Of a stretch of 64,000 bases of DNA, positions 9,091 to 19,600 are shown piece by piece (the stretch's first letter is position 1; every line of letters begins with the position of its first letter). The translations under genes were made by a program, and so were the position numbers. Under the pieces are notes generated by a model. That model searched no databases. It had not been told where the DNA came from and was given only the letters and a program-made list of their open reading frames with translations. Source of the stretch: an uncultured Bacteriovoracaceae bacterium. Lineage in GTDB: Bacteria > Bdellovibrionota > Bacteriovoracia > Bacteriovoracales > Bacteriovoracaceae. The DNA lies in contig CAXGUD010000018.1 in assembly GCA_964012805.1 (NCBI GenBank), positions 18,802 through 82,801 on the forward strand, read 5' to 3'.

Positions 9091-10378
9091 TAGTTCGGGT
9101 AAAGGACCTGAAAGGAGCTTTTCGGAGGCACTCAGGCTTAATAGAAGTGAAGCGGGTCTGCTTTATGTTCCTAAAGAGTTCCCTATTATAAGTGAAACGC
9201 CACCTTTATCGTCTTTATCTGATTTGGCCTTTTCCCTTTTTCACCCCTTTTTTAAAGGTGATATTTTAGAGCCCTACCTCGAGGGAATATGTAAGAGGGC
9301 CTTTAACTTTTCTGTTCCCTTAAAAAAACTAGATGAGTCGACTGATTTGTTAGAACTTTTTCACGGCCCAACCCATGCCTTCAAGGACATTGGAGCAAGG
9401 TTTTTAGCGGAATGTGAAGATAAGGTCATAGAGTTACAAGAACATGGGATGAATAAACTTGTCATGGTTGCTACAAGTGGTGATACAGGGGCAGCGGTAG
9501 CTTCTGCCTTTTATAAAAAGCCCTCTTTTAAAGTTCTTATTCTGTTTCCCAAAGGGCAAGTTTCCAAGAGGCAAAAGGCAAGCCTAACGAGATGGGAAGA
9601 GAATATTCTTTCTTTTGAAATAGAAGGAAGTTTTGATGACTGTCAAAATTTAGTTAAGCTTTTATTAGAAGATAAAGATATTAGAAAAAGGGTTGGAGTA
9701 ACTTCTGCTAACAGTATAAATGTAGGGAGGATTCTCCCTCAAACACTTTACTATGCCTATGCTTCATTTATAAAGAAAAGAGAAACGGGAAAGAGGGCGA
9801 GTTTTATTATTCCAAGTGGAAATATGGGAAACTCCATCGCATGCTTTTGGGCAAGAGAAATGGGATGCCCTATAGACCGGATCTATTTAGCAACGAATGC
9901 CAATAAAACTGTTCCAAATTATTATGAGACCTTGACCTATCAACCTCAGTTATCAATCAGGACATTGGCCAATGCTATGGATGTTGGTGCCCCTAATAAC
10001 TTAGAAAGACTCCTTTCTCTTTACAAGGGAAAAGAAAGTTCTTTAAAGAAATCATCTAAGGCAATTAGTGTAAGTGATGAGGATATTAAAAAGACCATTT
10101 TAAAAAGGTTAGAAGTCGGTAATGAGGGATGGGGAGTTCTTCTTTGCCCTCATACCGCCACAGCAGCTTTTGTGAGAGGACTTTTTCCTGGTGATGATTT
10201 TATTCTTGTTGGAACGGCCCACCCATCAAAGTTTGATGATATTTTATCGCCTCTTCTAGGTGGGAAGGAATTGCCTTTGCCTTCAGGGTTAAAAACTTTG
10301 GTTGAAAGAACACCAAAGTTTAAAACCCTTCCTTCGAGTTTTGATAAGGTTAAACAGGCTCTTTTACAGGAGCTTTAG
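9080..10378 (+). CDS. thrC: Threonine synthase (start moved from track 8999 to ATG 9080)
   Basis: LELFHGPTHAFKD (PLP lysine), ATSGDTG, SANSINVGR, PSGNMGN, NAMDVG.PNN, TAHP.KF. ATG 9080 follows GAGGGG and overlaps the thrB end. Confidence 0.94.
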   Translation: MWIDSSGKGPERSFSEALRLNRSEAGLLYVPKEFPIISETPPLSSLSDLAFSLFHPFFKGDILEPYLEGICKRAFNFSVPLKKLDESTDLLELFHGPTHAFKDIGARFLAECEDKVIELQEHGMNKLVMVATSGDTGAAVASAFYKKPSFKVLILFPKGQVSKRQKASLTRWEENILSFEIEGSFDDCQNLVKLLLEDKDIRKRVGVTSANSINVGRILPQTLYYAYASFIKKRETGKRASFIIPSGNMGNSIACFWAREMGCPIDRIYLATNANKTVPNYYETLTYQPQLSIRTLANAMDVGAPNNLERLLSLYKGKESSLKKSSKAISVSDEDIKKTILKRLEVGNEGWGVLLCPHTATAAFVRGLFPGDDFILVGTAHPSKFDDILSPLLGGKELPLPSGLKTLVERTPKFKTLPSSFDKVKQALLQEL

Positions 10379-12323
10379 CTTTTTCTTTTTTTAAAGGAAA
10401 AGCCTTTTTATTATGAGAGGGTTGAGGTTTTTTTGTTTCGATCTTTTTTCCCTTTTCCTTTTTTTCGAGACTTTTGTGTTCGTTAAAAGGGTGGTCTTTA
10501 GAAACTTCACCTACATTGTCATCCTCTTTATCATTAAATGTCTGCCAGTCTTTAGCAATGGGCGCATAAATAAGGTGTGCTGGTATTCCGAAGCCATCAA
10601 GAAGTTCCTCTAACCTTTCTCCAAGATCTTTGCATCCTTTGGCAATTTTAGCTTCAAGCTTTTTGACAGAACTAGCGTTAAGGATGCCTTCCTTTAAATA
10701 CCAGCTAAGGTGTTTTTTAATTAAAATGCAGCCATAGAGATTATAAACCTTTTCTAAAAGAGGATTATTTTGTTCCTTACAAATATGAGAAAAGTTTTCA
10801 AGAACAAAACGCTCTCCATAAGAAAGGGCAACATCTTGAACGAGGTCAGATTCTTCAGTCATCCACCTCTGGAAAATTTCTTCTTTTCCTTTGGCCTTTT
10901 GCATTTTTAAAGCTAGCTGACTTAAAACTCTTTTCTCTCTGGTTCTTACAAGGGAAAGAGGTTTAGAGAGAGAAATAAGCCTTGTAATGGCACCAGGTAC
11001 AAAAGAAAGAGATGTTTCTTTAATCACTTCTTGAATTGTCGTTTCTTCTAGCAGCTCCTTTGCAACTTTTTGCATAAGAACACTGTTATCGCCTTCCGCT
11101 GTGATACCAGCGTGTGCTCCGGCAATAGCTTCACCAAAACGGTTGCAGGCCAAGTATCCTTGACCACCACAACGCTCTCGGCCAATGGTTGCTGTATTTT
11201 CCGCATGCCAAGTTACCATAGGCTTGATCACACAGCACATTTTGATAAGGTCTTTACTCGTTTCTTTTTCAGCATTTTCTTCTGTTTGGAGTTGGGCAAA
11301 ATTATTTTTAACTTTATTCAGTCCCAGCGTAAGGGCATAAGTTTCAGCAAGTAGAGGCATCAGTGCCTTTTGCTGGAGTTGGTATACCATAAGAGGGGCT
11401 GAACTTGTTCCGTCGGAGTTGACCCCTAGTCTTGATTGAGAGTAGCGTATCGTATTGTATAATGTGCTTCTGCATGCAGCAATTGTCATAGAAGCAATAC
11501 AAACACGGCCACTTAAAAGTTGATCGGCCATCTTAATGAAGCGTGACCTCTTCCCTTTTATAGAGCTTGAAAACTCACCTTTTTCGTTAACTTGTGAAAA
11601 AGCATCGAGAAGGTTTTCTCTAGGAACTCTTACATCCTTAAACCATAAGCGGGCGTTATCAACGCCATTAAGGCCAATTTTGTAACCCATGTCTTGTATG
11701 GTTACACCTGGTCGGACTTTAAGGTCCTTACCCCTGATGGGAACAAGAAACCCGTGAACTCCATAACCTTCCCCTTTAATAATAAGCTGGGCAAAAACAA
11801 TGGCATAGTGGGCGTGGCAAAAGCCATTTGTAATCCAGTACTTTTGAGAAAGAGTACTTGGGGAATGGATGATAAATTCATCTGTTTTCTCATCAAATGT
11901 TGCAGTCGTTTCCATTTCAACTGCATTATTACCGTAACCTAATTCTGTTAAACCAAAGCACCCAACATCATCTAAAGCACTGATGCCATCTAAAATGGGT
12001 TTAAAAGCAGGCTTGTTACCAAACTTAAGGAGGGTTCCTCCAAAGAGGTTCATTTGAACTGTAAGTTTTGTGGCAACAGATCCATCACAAAGACCAAGTA
12101 TTTCATGAGCGGCAAAAATTCTCCGTGGGTCGGTTTGGAAATCATAAACACTGACATGCCCTTCCCCTAAAAACTTTTTAAGCCTTTGGTAGGCAAGCTC
12201 CCGTTCCTCATCAAGGCTTAAGTTATAGAGCGGTTTAAAGACAGGGTCTTTAAGAGTTTGCTTCATTTTTGCCCTGAGGTCATGGTTATCATTTTCAAGA
12301 ATGTGAGAAAGCGGTGATGTCAT
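10350..12323 (-). CDS. Acyl-CoA oxidase-like flavoprotein (acyl-CoA dehydrogenase superfamily)
   Basis: GCFGLTELGYGNN, ETTATFD..TDEF.IHSP, KYWI, KIGLNGVDNA, RERCGGQGY, TAEGDN (catalytic Glu); 657 aa, ACOX length. Confidence 0.85.
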   Translation of the reverse strand: MTSPLSHILENDNHDLRAKMKQTLKDPVFKPLYNLSLDEERELAYQRLKKFLGEGHVSVYDFQTDPRRIFAAHEILGLCDGSVATKLTVQMNLFGGTLLKFGNKPAFKPILDGISALDDVGCFGLTELGYGNNAVEMETTATFDEKTDEFIIHSPSTLSQKYWITNGFCHAHYAIVFAQLIIKGEGYGVHGFLVPIRGKDLKVRPGVTIQDMGYKIGLNGVDNARLWFKDVRVPRENLLDAFSQVNEKGEFSSSIKGKRSRFIKMADQLLSGRVCIASMTIAACRSTLYNTIRYSQSRLGVNSDGTSSAPLMVYQLQQKALMPLLAETYALTLGLNKVKNNFAQLQTEENAEKETSKDLIKMCCVIKPMVTWHAENTATIGRERCGGQGYLACNRFGEAIAGAHAGITAEGDNSVLMQKVAKELLEETTIQEVIKETSLSFVPGAITRLISLSKPLSLVRTREKRVLSQLALKMQKAKGKEEIFQRWMTEESDLVQDVALSYGERFVLENFSHICKEQNNPLLEKVYNLYGCILIKKHLSWYLKEGILNASSVKKLEAKIAKGCKDLGERLEELLDGFGIPAHLIYAPIAKDWQTFNDKEDDNVGEVSKDHPFNEHKSLEKKEKGKKIETKKPQPSHNKKAFPLKKEKAKAPVKEPV

Positions 12324-12536
12324 GATGGGTCCTTTAAAGTATTGTAAATTAGTCAGTTATGTCTTTTCATTGTATAGAAAGTTATATCTGTGGGCAATGG
12401 CCTAAACTTTAAAAAGTGCTGAAGAACCCTTTTTAAATATTGTTTGAAGCGGAATCATGAATTACCGCCTGGCAATGTGTCGTGAACTAGCTTAGTCTTT
12501 TTAGAAAAGTTTAGAATTTTATTAAGGGGAATAGCT

Positions 12537-13211
12537 ATGAAATTTGGTTACTTAGCGTCTTATTCATTCAGAGTGATGAATGTTTTTCTTCTTTTATTTA
12601 TAGCTCAAACGACTTTTTCTATGGGAGAGGGAAGAGCCGCTGAAAAGTGGAAAAAAATTAATGATGAGGAGGGTGTTGAGGTTTTTTCTCGAGATGTTGA
12701 AGGAACCCCCTTAGTGGCCTTTAAGGGAATCACTGATTTTGATGAGCCCATAGAAAAAATAATGTGGGTTCTAAAGGATGAGAAGAGAAGAAAGGATTGG
12801 GTTGCACGTTATTTAAAAGGGGCAACCCTTGAAAAAAGGGGCCCTTTTGAACAGGTCAATTACCAAGCGGTGACGGCTCCATGGCCTGTTAGCAATAGAG
12901 ATATGATTTATTTGTGGAAGGCCAATAGACTTTCTAATGGGGATATCCAAATTGAGCTAAAGTCTGTTGATTATCCTAATGGACCTGACACAGTTGGCGT
13001 TAGAATGAAACTTCACTTTAGTCGGTTTATATTAAATAAAAAGCCTAATGGAGGGACCCGTGTCACTCTTGAAATCCTCTCTGATCCTATGGGGTTGATT
13101 CCAAAATGGGTTGTTAATATGATTCAAAAAAACTATCCTGTTAAATTTTTCAGGGCCCTCAAAAAACAGGTCAAAAAGCCTTTCGTTAAAAAAGGTGCAC
13201 TACCTAAATAG
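12537..13211 (+). CDS. Exported START-domain lipid-binding protein
   Basis: Signal peptide; W.....EG+.V+SR, APWPVSNRD, DP.G.IP.WVVN motifs of bacterial START domains. Confidence 0.85.
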   Translation: MKFGYLASYSFRVMNVFLLLFIAQTTFSMGEGRAAEKWKKINDEEGVEVFSRDVEGTPLVAFKGITDFDEPIEKIMWVLKDEKRRKDWVARYLKGATLEKRGPFEQVNYQAVTAPWPVSNRDMIYLWKANRLSNGDIQIELKSVDYPNGPDTVGVRMKLHFSRFILNKKPNGGTRVTLEILSDPMGLIPKWVVNMIQKNYPVKFFRALKKQVKKPFVKKGALPK

Positions 13212-13244
13212 ATTGGGGGTCTTAACAAAGCACTAGGTGGCATT

Positions 13245-14183
13245 GTGAACAATGAAGATCTCCCCCCCTTGTTATTAAGCGCTCCTTATAGAAGTAAAAT
13301 TTTATACACTCTTTTATTGATTGGCTTTTTTTGGCTTTTAAAAGAAGGAGCTGCTTATCTCATTAATAATAAGTTTAAGGACAAAAAGTCTCATTACCAC
13401 CTCCTGAGAGTGACAGACTACTTTTTTTGGTTTTTGAAAATTATCTTCGTGGGAAGCCTGTGGTTTCATGGTTTAGGCCCTTTAAGCACTTTTTTTGGGT
13501 TGGCCACAGCAGGGATTGCCGTCACTTTTCGGGACCCTCTTTTAAACTTAATGGGTTGGTTTACGATACTCTGGAAGCACCCCTTTTCTGTAGGGGACCG
13601 TATAGAAGTTATGGGCATTAAGGGCGATGTCATTGACATAAATATTTTTGAATTTACAGTTATGGAAATAGGTGAGTGGGTAGGAGCTGATCAAAGAACC
13701 GGACGCGTTTCCTATATTCCAAATTCAACTATTTTTAGAGAAGCTCAAAAGAATTTTGACCGCCCGTATCCATATATATGGGATGAGGTGAAAGTGACTC
13801 TCACATTTAAGAGTAACTGGAAAAAGGCCAAGGAGCTTTTTTTCAGTGCCCTTTTGGGTTGTACAGACTCTTTTTCGAAGGAAGAAATTGAATCTTTTGA
13901 AAAGAGCAATCATGATTTTTATTTTTCTATCGAGGATCCTCGTCCTTCAGTATTTGCTTCTCTGGACGATAAAGGTGTCGTGCTTATCCTTCGCTACGTT
14001 ACCGACCCCCGAAAAAGGCGTAAGGTTCATGATGCCTTAATAGAAAAGGTTCTTATAATTATAGAGGAAGAAGAAGACCTTCACTTTGCTTTTCCGTCTC
14101 AGAATTTTATTGTTTCCGAAACGCCTCCTTTTGATTTCAAAAAGAAACCAACTGATCCCTTGCATTCAAAAAACTTGAGTTGA
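13245..14183 (+). CDS. Small-conductance mechanosensitive channel (MscS family)
   Basis: Three TM segments, PFSVGDRIEV.G.KGDV.DI, IPNS, I.FAFP-like C-terminus. Confidence 0.92.
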   Translation: MNNEDLPPLLLSAPYRSKILYTLLLIGFFWLLKEGAAYLINNKFKDKKSHYHLLRVTDYFFWFLKIIFVGSLWFHGLGPLSTFFGLATAGIAVTFRDPLLNLMGWFTILWKHPFSVGDRIEVMGIKGDVIDINIFEFTVMEIGEWVGADQRTGRVSYIPNSTIFREAQKNFDRPYPYIWDEVKVTLTFKSNWKKAKELFFSALLGCTDSFSKEEIESFEKSNHDFYFSIEDPRPSVFASLDDKGVVLILRYVTDPRKRRKVHDALIEKVLIIIEEEEDLHFAFPSQNFIVSETPPFDFKKKPTDPLHSKNLS

Positions 14184-14262
14184 TCCCGTTTACCGGACCT
14201 AATAGAATGTGGTACCTTCTCCGGCAGTTGAATTTCTTATTAATTAATGAAACAAAAAAAGG

Positions 14263-15606
14263 ATGGTAGAAATGAAAGCATTATTAGTTTTTGCCTTGAG
14301 TTGCCTTGTTGTAGGAAATCTTGCAGCGAGCTCTCGAGTTATTAAGGACAACCGTTTGAATGACAGAGGAAGAACTCCTTCGCTTGGGAGAGGATACTCT
14401 GTTACGACTAACACTCTTCAATCTCTATGTTACAAAAACGTAGATGTCACTATTCCTAGTTATGATCTTCAGTATACATTTGAAGATATTGAAGAAGGTT
14501 GGCAGTCAAATTATTCTTATGATGTTTCTGCTAAAGCAAGTTATAGCTACTGGTTTTTAAGTGCGAACGTTTCGGCCCATTCAACTGGTTCTGGTGAAAA
14601 TAAGAGGTTCTACCATTACATTTACGCCAAAATTGACCTGGAGAGTTATTATAACTCATTGAATGAAGCAACCTCTGAAATGAGTGACTCTGCTATTAAA
14701 CTTCTTCAGGAAAAAGATGTGGTCGGTTTCTTTGATGCTTGTGGTCCATACTATGTAAGGTCTATTGGAAGGCATTCGTCCTTTTTGGCCCTTTTAAGAT
14801 ATGAAACTGAGTCAAGCAAAAGAGATGCAACATACGAAGCTAGCCTTAAAGCTCAATTGAGAGGTTTTGGTTCTAGTGGCTCTATTGAAGTTGACGCTAA
14901 GTATTCAAATTCATCTGAGCATCAAAAAAAGAAGCTTAATATAACCGTTTGGGCACAAGGCCTTGGGAAAGATAAGCTTGCGAGCCTTCTTCCAACAGAT
15001 ATCGAGTCTTTTAAAAAGACAGTTCAAGATTCAATTTTAACAATGCAAGATGCCAATACTGGAATCATAACGAGCATGGAAATTGTTCCCTGGATTGAAA
15101 ACACAGACTTTCAACAGTACTTAAAGTTAGAAAAAGAGCAGGAAAGACTAAAGTACAAAGAAAAGAAAACATTAATGGCAAACTCTGAAATTATTGCTGA
15201 AATTGATAGAATTGACCGTGGTCAGATGGATAATTACTATCAAATGAGAAACTGTCATAATGCTTTGAGTGACCAATTTCCAAAAAAAGGTCAGTCAGAG
15301 ATGGGCTACGACTATAGCAAAACGTTTATTAAAGACCTTATTGAACCAGGTAATCAAAGTAAGGAAAAGACACTCGCTCAACTAGAAGAAATTGTAAACG
15401 ACTCCGCTCAAAAATTAATCCTCGATACAAATGATGCTTTTATCGAAAAGGCAACTCAATGTGTGGATATGATTCATGAAAGCGGAATTGAAAGGACTCA
15501 TTACAGGGAGCATCAGCCTTGTAATGATGTTAAAAAAGAGACAGTACTTCCTTACTTGGTTTTAGACCATTTTTGTATGCCAGAATTTTCAAGAGTCGCT
15601 GAATAA
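14263..15606 (+). CDS. Secreted protein, MACPF/CDC-like putative pore former
   Basis: Signal peptide; LGRGYS near the N-terminus; FFDACGPYYVRSI resembles the MACPF F...YGTHY signature; two Ser/Ala/Gly-rich alternating segments; Cys-containing helical C-terminus. Confidence 0.5.
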   Translation: MVEMKALLVFALSCLVVGNLAASSRVIKDNRLNDRGRTPSLGRGYSVTTNTLQSLCYKNVDVTIPSYDLQYTFEDIEEGWQSNYSYDVSAKASYSYWFLSANVSAHSTGSGENKRFYHYIYAKIDLESYYNSLNEATSEMSDSAIKLLQEKDVVGFFDACGPYYVRSIGRHSSFLALLRYETESSKRDATYEASLKAQLRGFGSSGSIEVDAKYSNSSEHQKKKLNITVWAQGLGKDKLASLLPTDIESFKKTVQDSILTMQDANTGIITSMEIVPWIENTDFQQYLKLEKEQERLKYKEKKTLMANSEIIAEIDRIDRGQMDNYYQMRNCHNALSDQFPKKGQSEMGYDYSKTFIKDLIEPGNQSKEKTLAQLEEIVNDSAQKLILDTNDAFIEKATQCVDMIHESGIERTHYREHQPCNDVKKETVLPYLVLDHFCMPEFSRVAE

Positions 15607-15617
15607 TATTGACTATT

Positions 15618-15648
15618 GAGACCCCTTTTAAAAAGGGGTCTCTTTTTT
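15618..15648 (+). terminator. Intrinsic terminator
   Basis: GAGACCCCTTT..AAAGGGGTCTC perfect stem followed by TTTTTT. Confidence 0.85.
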
Positions 15649-15658
15649 AATTTTAAGT

Positions 15659-16087
15659 ATGAAAAATTTAAATACAGAAAACTTTGAAGTATGTATGGCC
15701 TTAGAAAAAGGCCTTTTTCTTTTGTCTTTTTCGTCAGCGACCTGTGGTCCTTGCCGCTCAATGGAGCCTGTTTTTCTGGAATTAGAAAAAGCAAACCCGA
15801 AAATTTCTCTTTATAAGATAAGTGTAGAAGAGTCTCCTGAGCTTGCCACCCACTTTGGAGTGAGAGGGGTTCCTCACATTTCTTTTTGCGAAGGAAGAGA
15901 AGTTCTTTACGAGTTTACTGGTTTAACACCCTTAAATGACCTTCAGTATGTGGTTGACCATATAGATGACACTCATTTCAGACTTTATGGGGACTTCAAG
16001 AAATTGGAAAAAAAGACAGACTGGACATTCATCCTAAGCATCGGCTTAATAGTCGCCGTTTTTGCGGGGCTTTTCATTTTTACCTGA
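15659..16087 (+). CDS. Thioredoxin-family protein with C-terminal membrane anchor
   Basis: TCGPC active site, cis-Pro GVP, C-terminal hydrophobic helix WTFILSIGLIVAVFAGLFIFT. Confidence 0.88.
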   Translation: MKNLNTENFEVCMALEKGLFLLSFSSATCGPCRSMEPVFLELEKANPKISLYKISVEESPELATHFGVRGVPHISFCEGREVLYEFTGLTPLNDLQYVVDHIDDTHFRLYGDFKKLEKKTDWTFILSIGLIVAVFAGLFIFT

Positions 16088-16090
16088 AAA

Positions 16091-16531
16091 CTACTTTAAA
16101 ATACCAAATCTTTGGATTTCTTTTAAAATCTTTGATCTTTTGATCATGCCTTTATAAAAGCCGTCTCTTATAACTGGGTAAGATTGGTAATTATTTAATA
16201 TAAAAAGCTCAATAACATCAAAAAGATCTGTTTCTTCAGAGAGAACAATGAGGTTTGTACTCATATAATCTTCTACTTTACCTGGTGGCAAACTATTATA
16301 TTTGGCATCGAAGGCGTGCTTTAGACAATCTTTCTCTGAGAGTAGTCCTAAAAGTCTACCTTCTTCATCTAAAACAGGTGCCCCATGGGATTCACTTTCT
16401 TTATTTAAAAGTTCCATGGCCTTGTAGATATCTTGATGAGGTTTCAAGGTGAGGCTCTTTTTTTCAATGATGTTTTGGATTGGGAAGCGTTTTGGTCTAT
16501 TTTCTTGGTTCTGGTAAAGATTAGAATCCAT
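16091..16531 (-). CDS. CBS-domain pair protein
   Basis: GAPVLDEEGRLLGLLSEKD and YPVIRDG..KGMIKRSKIL CBS repeats. Confidence 0.92.
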   Translation of the reverse strand: MDSNLYQNQENRPKRFPIQNIIEKKSLTLKPHQDIYKAMELLNKESESHGAPVLDEEGRLLGLLSEKDCLKHAFDAKYNSLPPGKVEDYMSTNLIVLSEETDLFDVIELFILNNYQSYPVIRDGFYKGMIKRSKILKEIQRFGILK

Positions 16532-16684
16532 TCAATCTCCTTGTTTTCAATCCTAGAAGAATCAAAAGGTTTTTAAGCATCATTATTACTATTATGAAGT
16601 AAAGTGAAAAAATAGAAAGGGTAGAAAAGTTAGGTTTTTATAAAAAATAAGTTGAGTGAATCAGTCTTTGAAAGAAAACTCTTA

Positions 16685-19600
16685 TCAGGATGCTCGAAAT
16701 AGTTTCTTTAGATCCTCTCCGATGGCATAAGATACCGGAATAAGGACAAGTATCATTGGAGTTCCAAAGAGTATTCCATACCCCATGGAAATCGCCATTG
16801 GTGAAAGAAACATGTCTATTCCACCAACTCCCAGGCCAAGTGGAAGGAGACCTGCAACAGTTGTAAGAGTTGTTAAGATAACAGCTTTAAGCCTTTCAGA
16901 AACTCCGAAGGCTATGGCCTCCTTTAAATTTCCTTTTTTCTCTCTGGCCCTGTTAATAGCATCAATGACAACAAGACTGTCATTGACAACAACTCCAAAC
17001 ATACCTACCGTTCCAAGTCCTGCAAACATACTAAAGGCTTGATCATGAACAGTGAAAGCAAAGATAACCCCAATAATGCCCATGGGTATAGAAAGGATGA
17101 CATAAAAGGGTTGTAGATAGGATTGGAAAAGGAGTGCCATAAGAAGGTAAATAAGAAGAAGGCTGGCAAGGGCCGATTTTTTCAAGTCAATAACGGAATT
17201 TTGCGTGTCTTTGACTTCACCGCCAAAATCAAGAGAAAGCTCTGAGTCTTTCTGTTCAAACTTTTTTATAACTTTTTGCTGAACCTCTATGGGTGAAAGT
17301 TTTTTAAGATCCAGCCTTGTTGCCAAGATTGTTGTAAAGGGAGAGCCATTATAATGTTGGACAAAAGGAACTGAGTTTATTTTTTCAAAACGGGCAAATT
17401 GACCAATTTCTATTTCTTTTCCTCGCTGGTTTCTAACCCTTAAATCTAAAATGGATCTTTCACTTTTAAACTCTTCATTGAGTTCCATTTTAAATTCCAC
17501 TTTTTTATTATTAATGGTCACGTTTTGAGAACTGTCTCCAATTAAACCTACTTGGAGAGTTCGAACGAGCATATCACTGGAAATACCTAGCCTCTCCATA
17601 AGAGGTTTATTTAATTTTAGTCGGTACTCTTTTTTAAGGTCAGTGGATGAATTCCAGAACCCTGAAACACCATCGAGTGTTTTAATATAATCCTCAATTT
17701 CTTTGGCGAGTCTATCTCTTTTTTCATTATCTTTACCAATTACTCTAATATTAACTGGAAAACCTACAGGGGGGCCATTTGTTACCATGAGGTACCGTGA
17801 AGATGTTATATCCCTTTTATTCTCCGAAAGAAATTTTTTAACATCTTCTGCAATTTTGTCTTTTACTTGCCTCGCTGTAAGAGTTCTTGACTCTTGGGCC
17901 GCTAAATCAATTCGAACACTCGCGACATTAGGCGAAGGGTTCTCAAACATTTGCTCTCTAAAAAGGCCTGATTGAAGGTCATAACTTTCAATATTATTGG
18001 GCCTGTATTTGTCTAAAATTTTGGGAAGAAATTTAATTTGTTCATGGATTCCTTCAAGCTTAACTTTTTTATCAAAATCAAAATTAATAATAATACCTTC
18101 TGCATTATCATCAGGGAAAAGAACAAATTTTAAACGCTTGTTCGCTAATTCAAGAGATAAATAAAAAAGCAGAAGGAAAAAAATGGCAAAGATGTATCTA
18201 AACTTAATTGCCTTTTCTATAAATTTTTGAAGAACTTTTTCAAAAGGCCTTAATATTTTTTCAATGAGAGGTTCCTTCTTTTGATTCTTTTCATTAAGCC
18301 CTGAGTAGATATGGTAAGGGAGGATAAAAGTACATTCTAGTAATGAAAAGATAAGGGCTAGGGAAATTGTCCAGGGGACAATATAAACAAACTTTCCAAT
18401 AGAGCCGGTCATATAAAAAAGAGGAGCAAAGGCAAGAAATGTGGAAACAAGAGTTGTTAGAACTGGCTTAAAAACTTCGGCCACTCCATCTATCGTTGCT
18501 GTAAGTTTATCTTTACCGTATTCATGAAAATGTTTGTGGATGGATTCAGCAATAATTATAGCATCATCGACTATAATTCCGGTTGTTAAAATCATTGCGG
18601 CCATAGAAAGCGAGTCAAGGACATACCCTTTAAAGCTCATAAACGACAGGACACCAAAAAGAGTAAAAGGAACTCCAACGGCCACCCAAAAGGAGATATT
18701 AAAGTTGAGAAATATTAAAAGAGAAATACAAACGAGAGTAATACCAACCGCGGCGTTAGTTCTTACGATTTGAAAACGGTTTTTAATATGTTTACCTCTT
18801 TCTCCAAGGTATTCAACCTTAATTTTTTTATCAGGATTAAGCGCCATTTCTTTTTTTATTAAATCTTTAACATCTTGTGTGAGGTTAATAATGTCACTAC
18901 CACCAGTTTTCAAAACTCCAAAAAAAACACCTTCTTTTCCATTTGGGTAGGCATATTTAGTTTCTTTTTTGTACCCTAAATAGACCTTAGCAAGGTGTTT
19001 GAGCTTAACACTTTTTCCTGAAAAATTAGACCTGACGGTTAAGTTTTTTAATTTTCCTACAGAATTAATTTTTTCATTAAAAATTATATTAGTGTAGTCA
19101 CCGCCATTCTCAACCCTACCGAGGTAAGATCTAAGGTTTTCTCTCGATAGCTTGTCAAAGATATCAAGAGTTGTAACGTTCAGCTGTTTGAGCTTATTAA
19201 CATCTAATAAAATTTTAAACTCTTCGTCCGGGATACCTAAAGAAATGACTTCCTGAATTTTTTTTAAACTTTCTATTTTATCTTTTAGTTTTAAAGAGAA
19301 GTTCCTTAAAAATTCTTTATCTTCTGAATAAAGACCAACTTTTAAAAAGGGCATACTTGAAAAACTTGGTTCTTCAATTGTCGGAGCTGCTTTCATTTCT
19401 TTAGGAAAGTCAGTAATGCTATTAACTTTTTCCCTAATTTTATCTTTTACTTTTTCAAGATCACTCCTTTGTAGATCCAACCAAATAACAACTCTAGCGT
19501 ATCCTTCGTAGATTATAGAAATATAGCGAGTTATACCCTCTATATCTTTGAGTTTATCTTCAACTTTATTAGCAATTTTAATTTCCATTTCTTGAGTACT

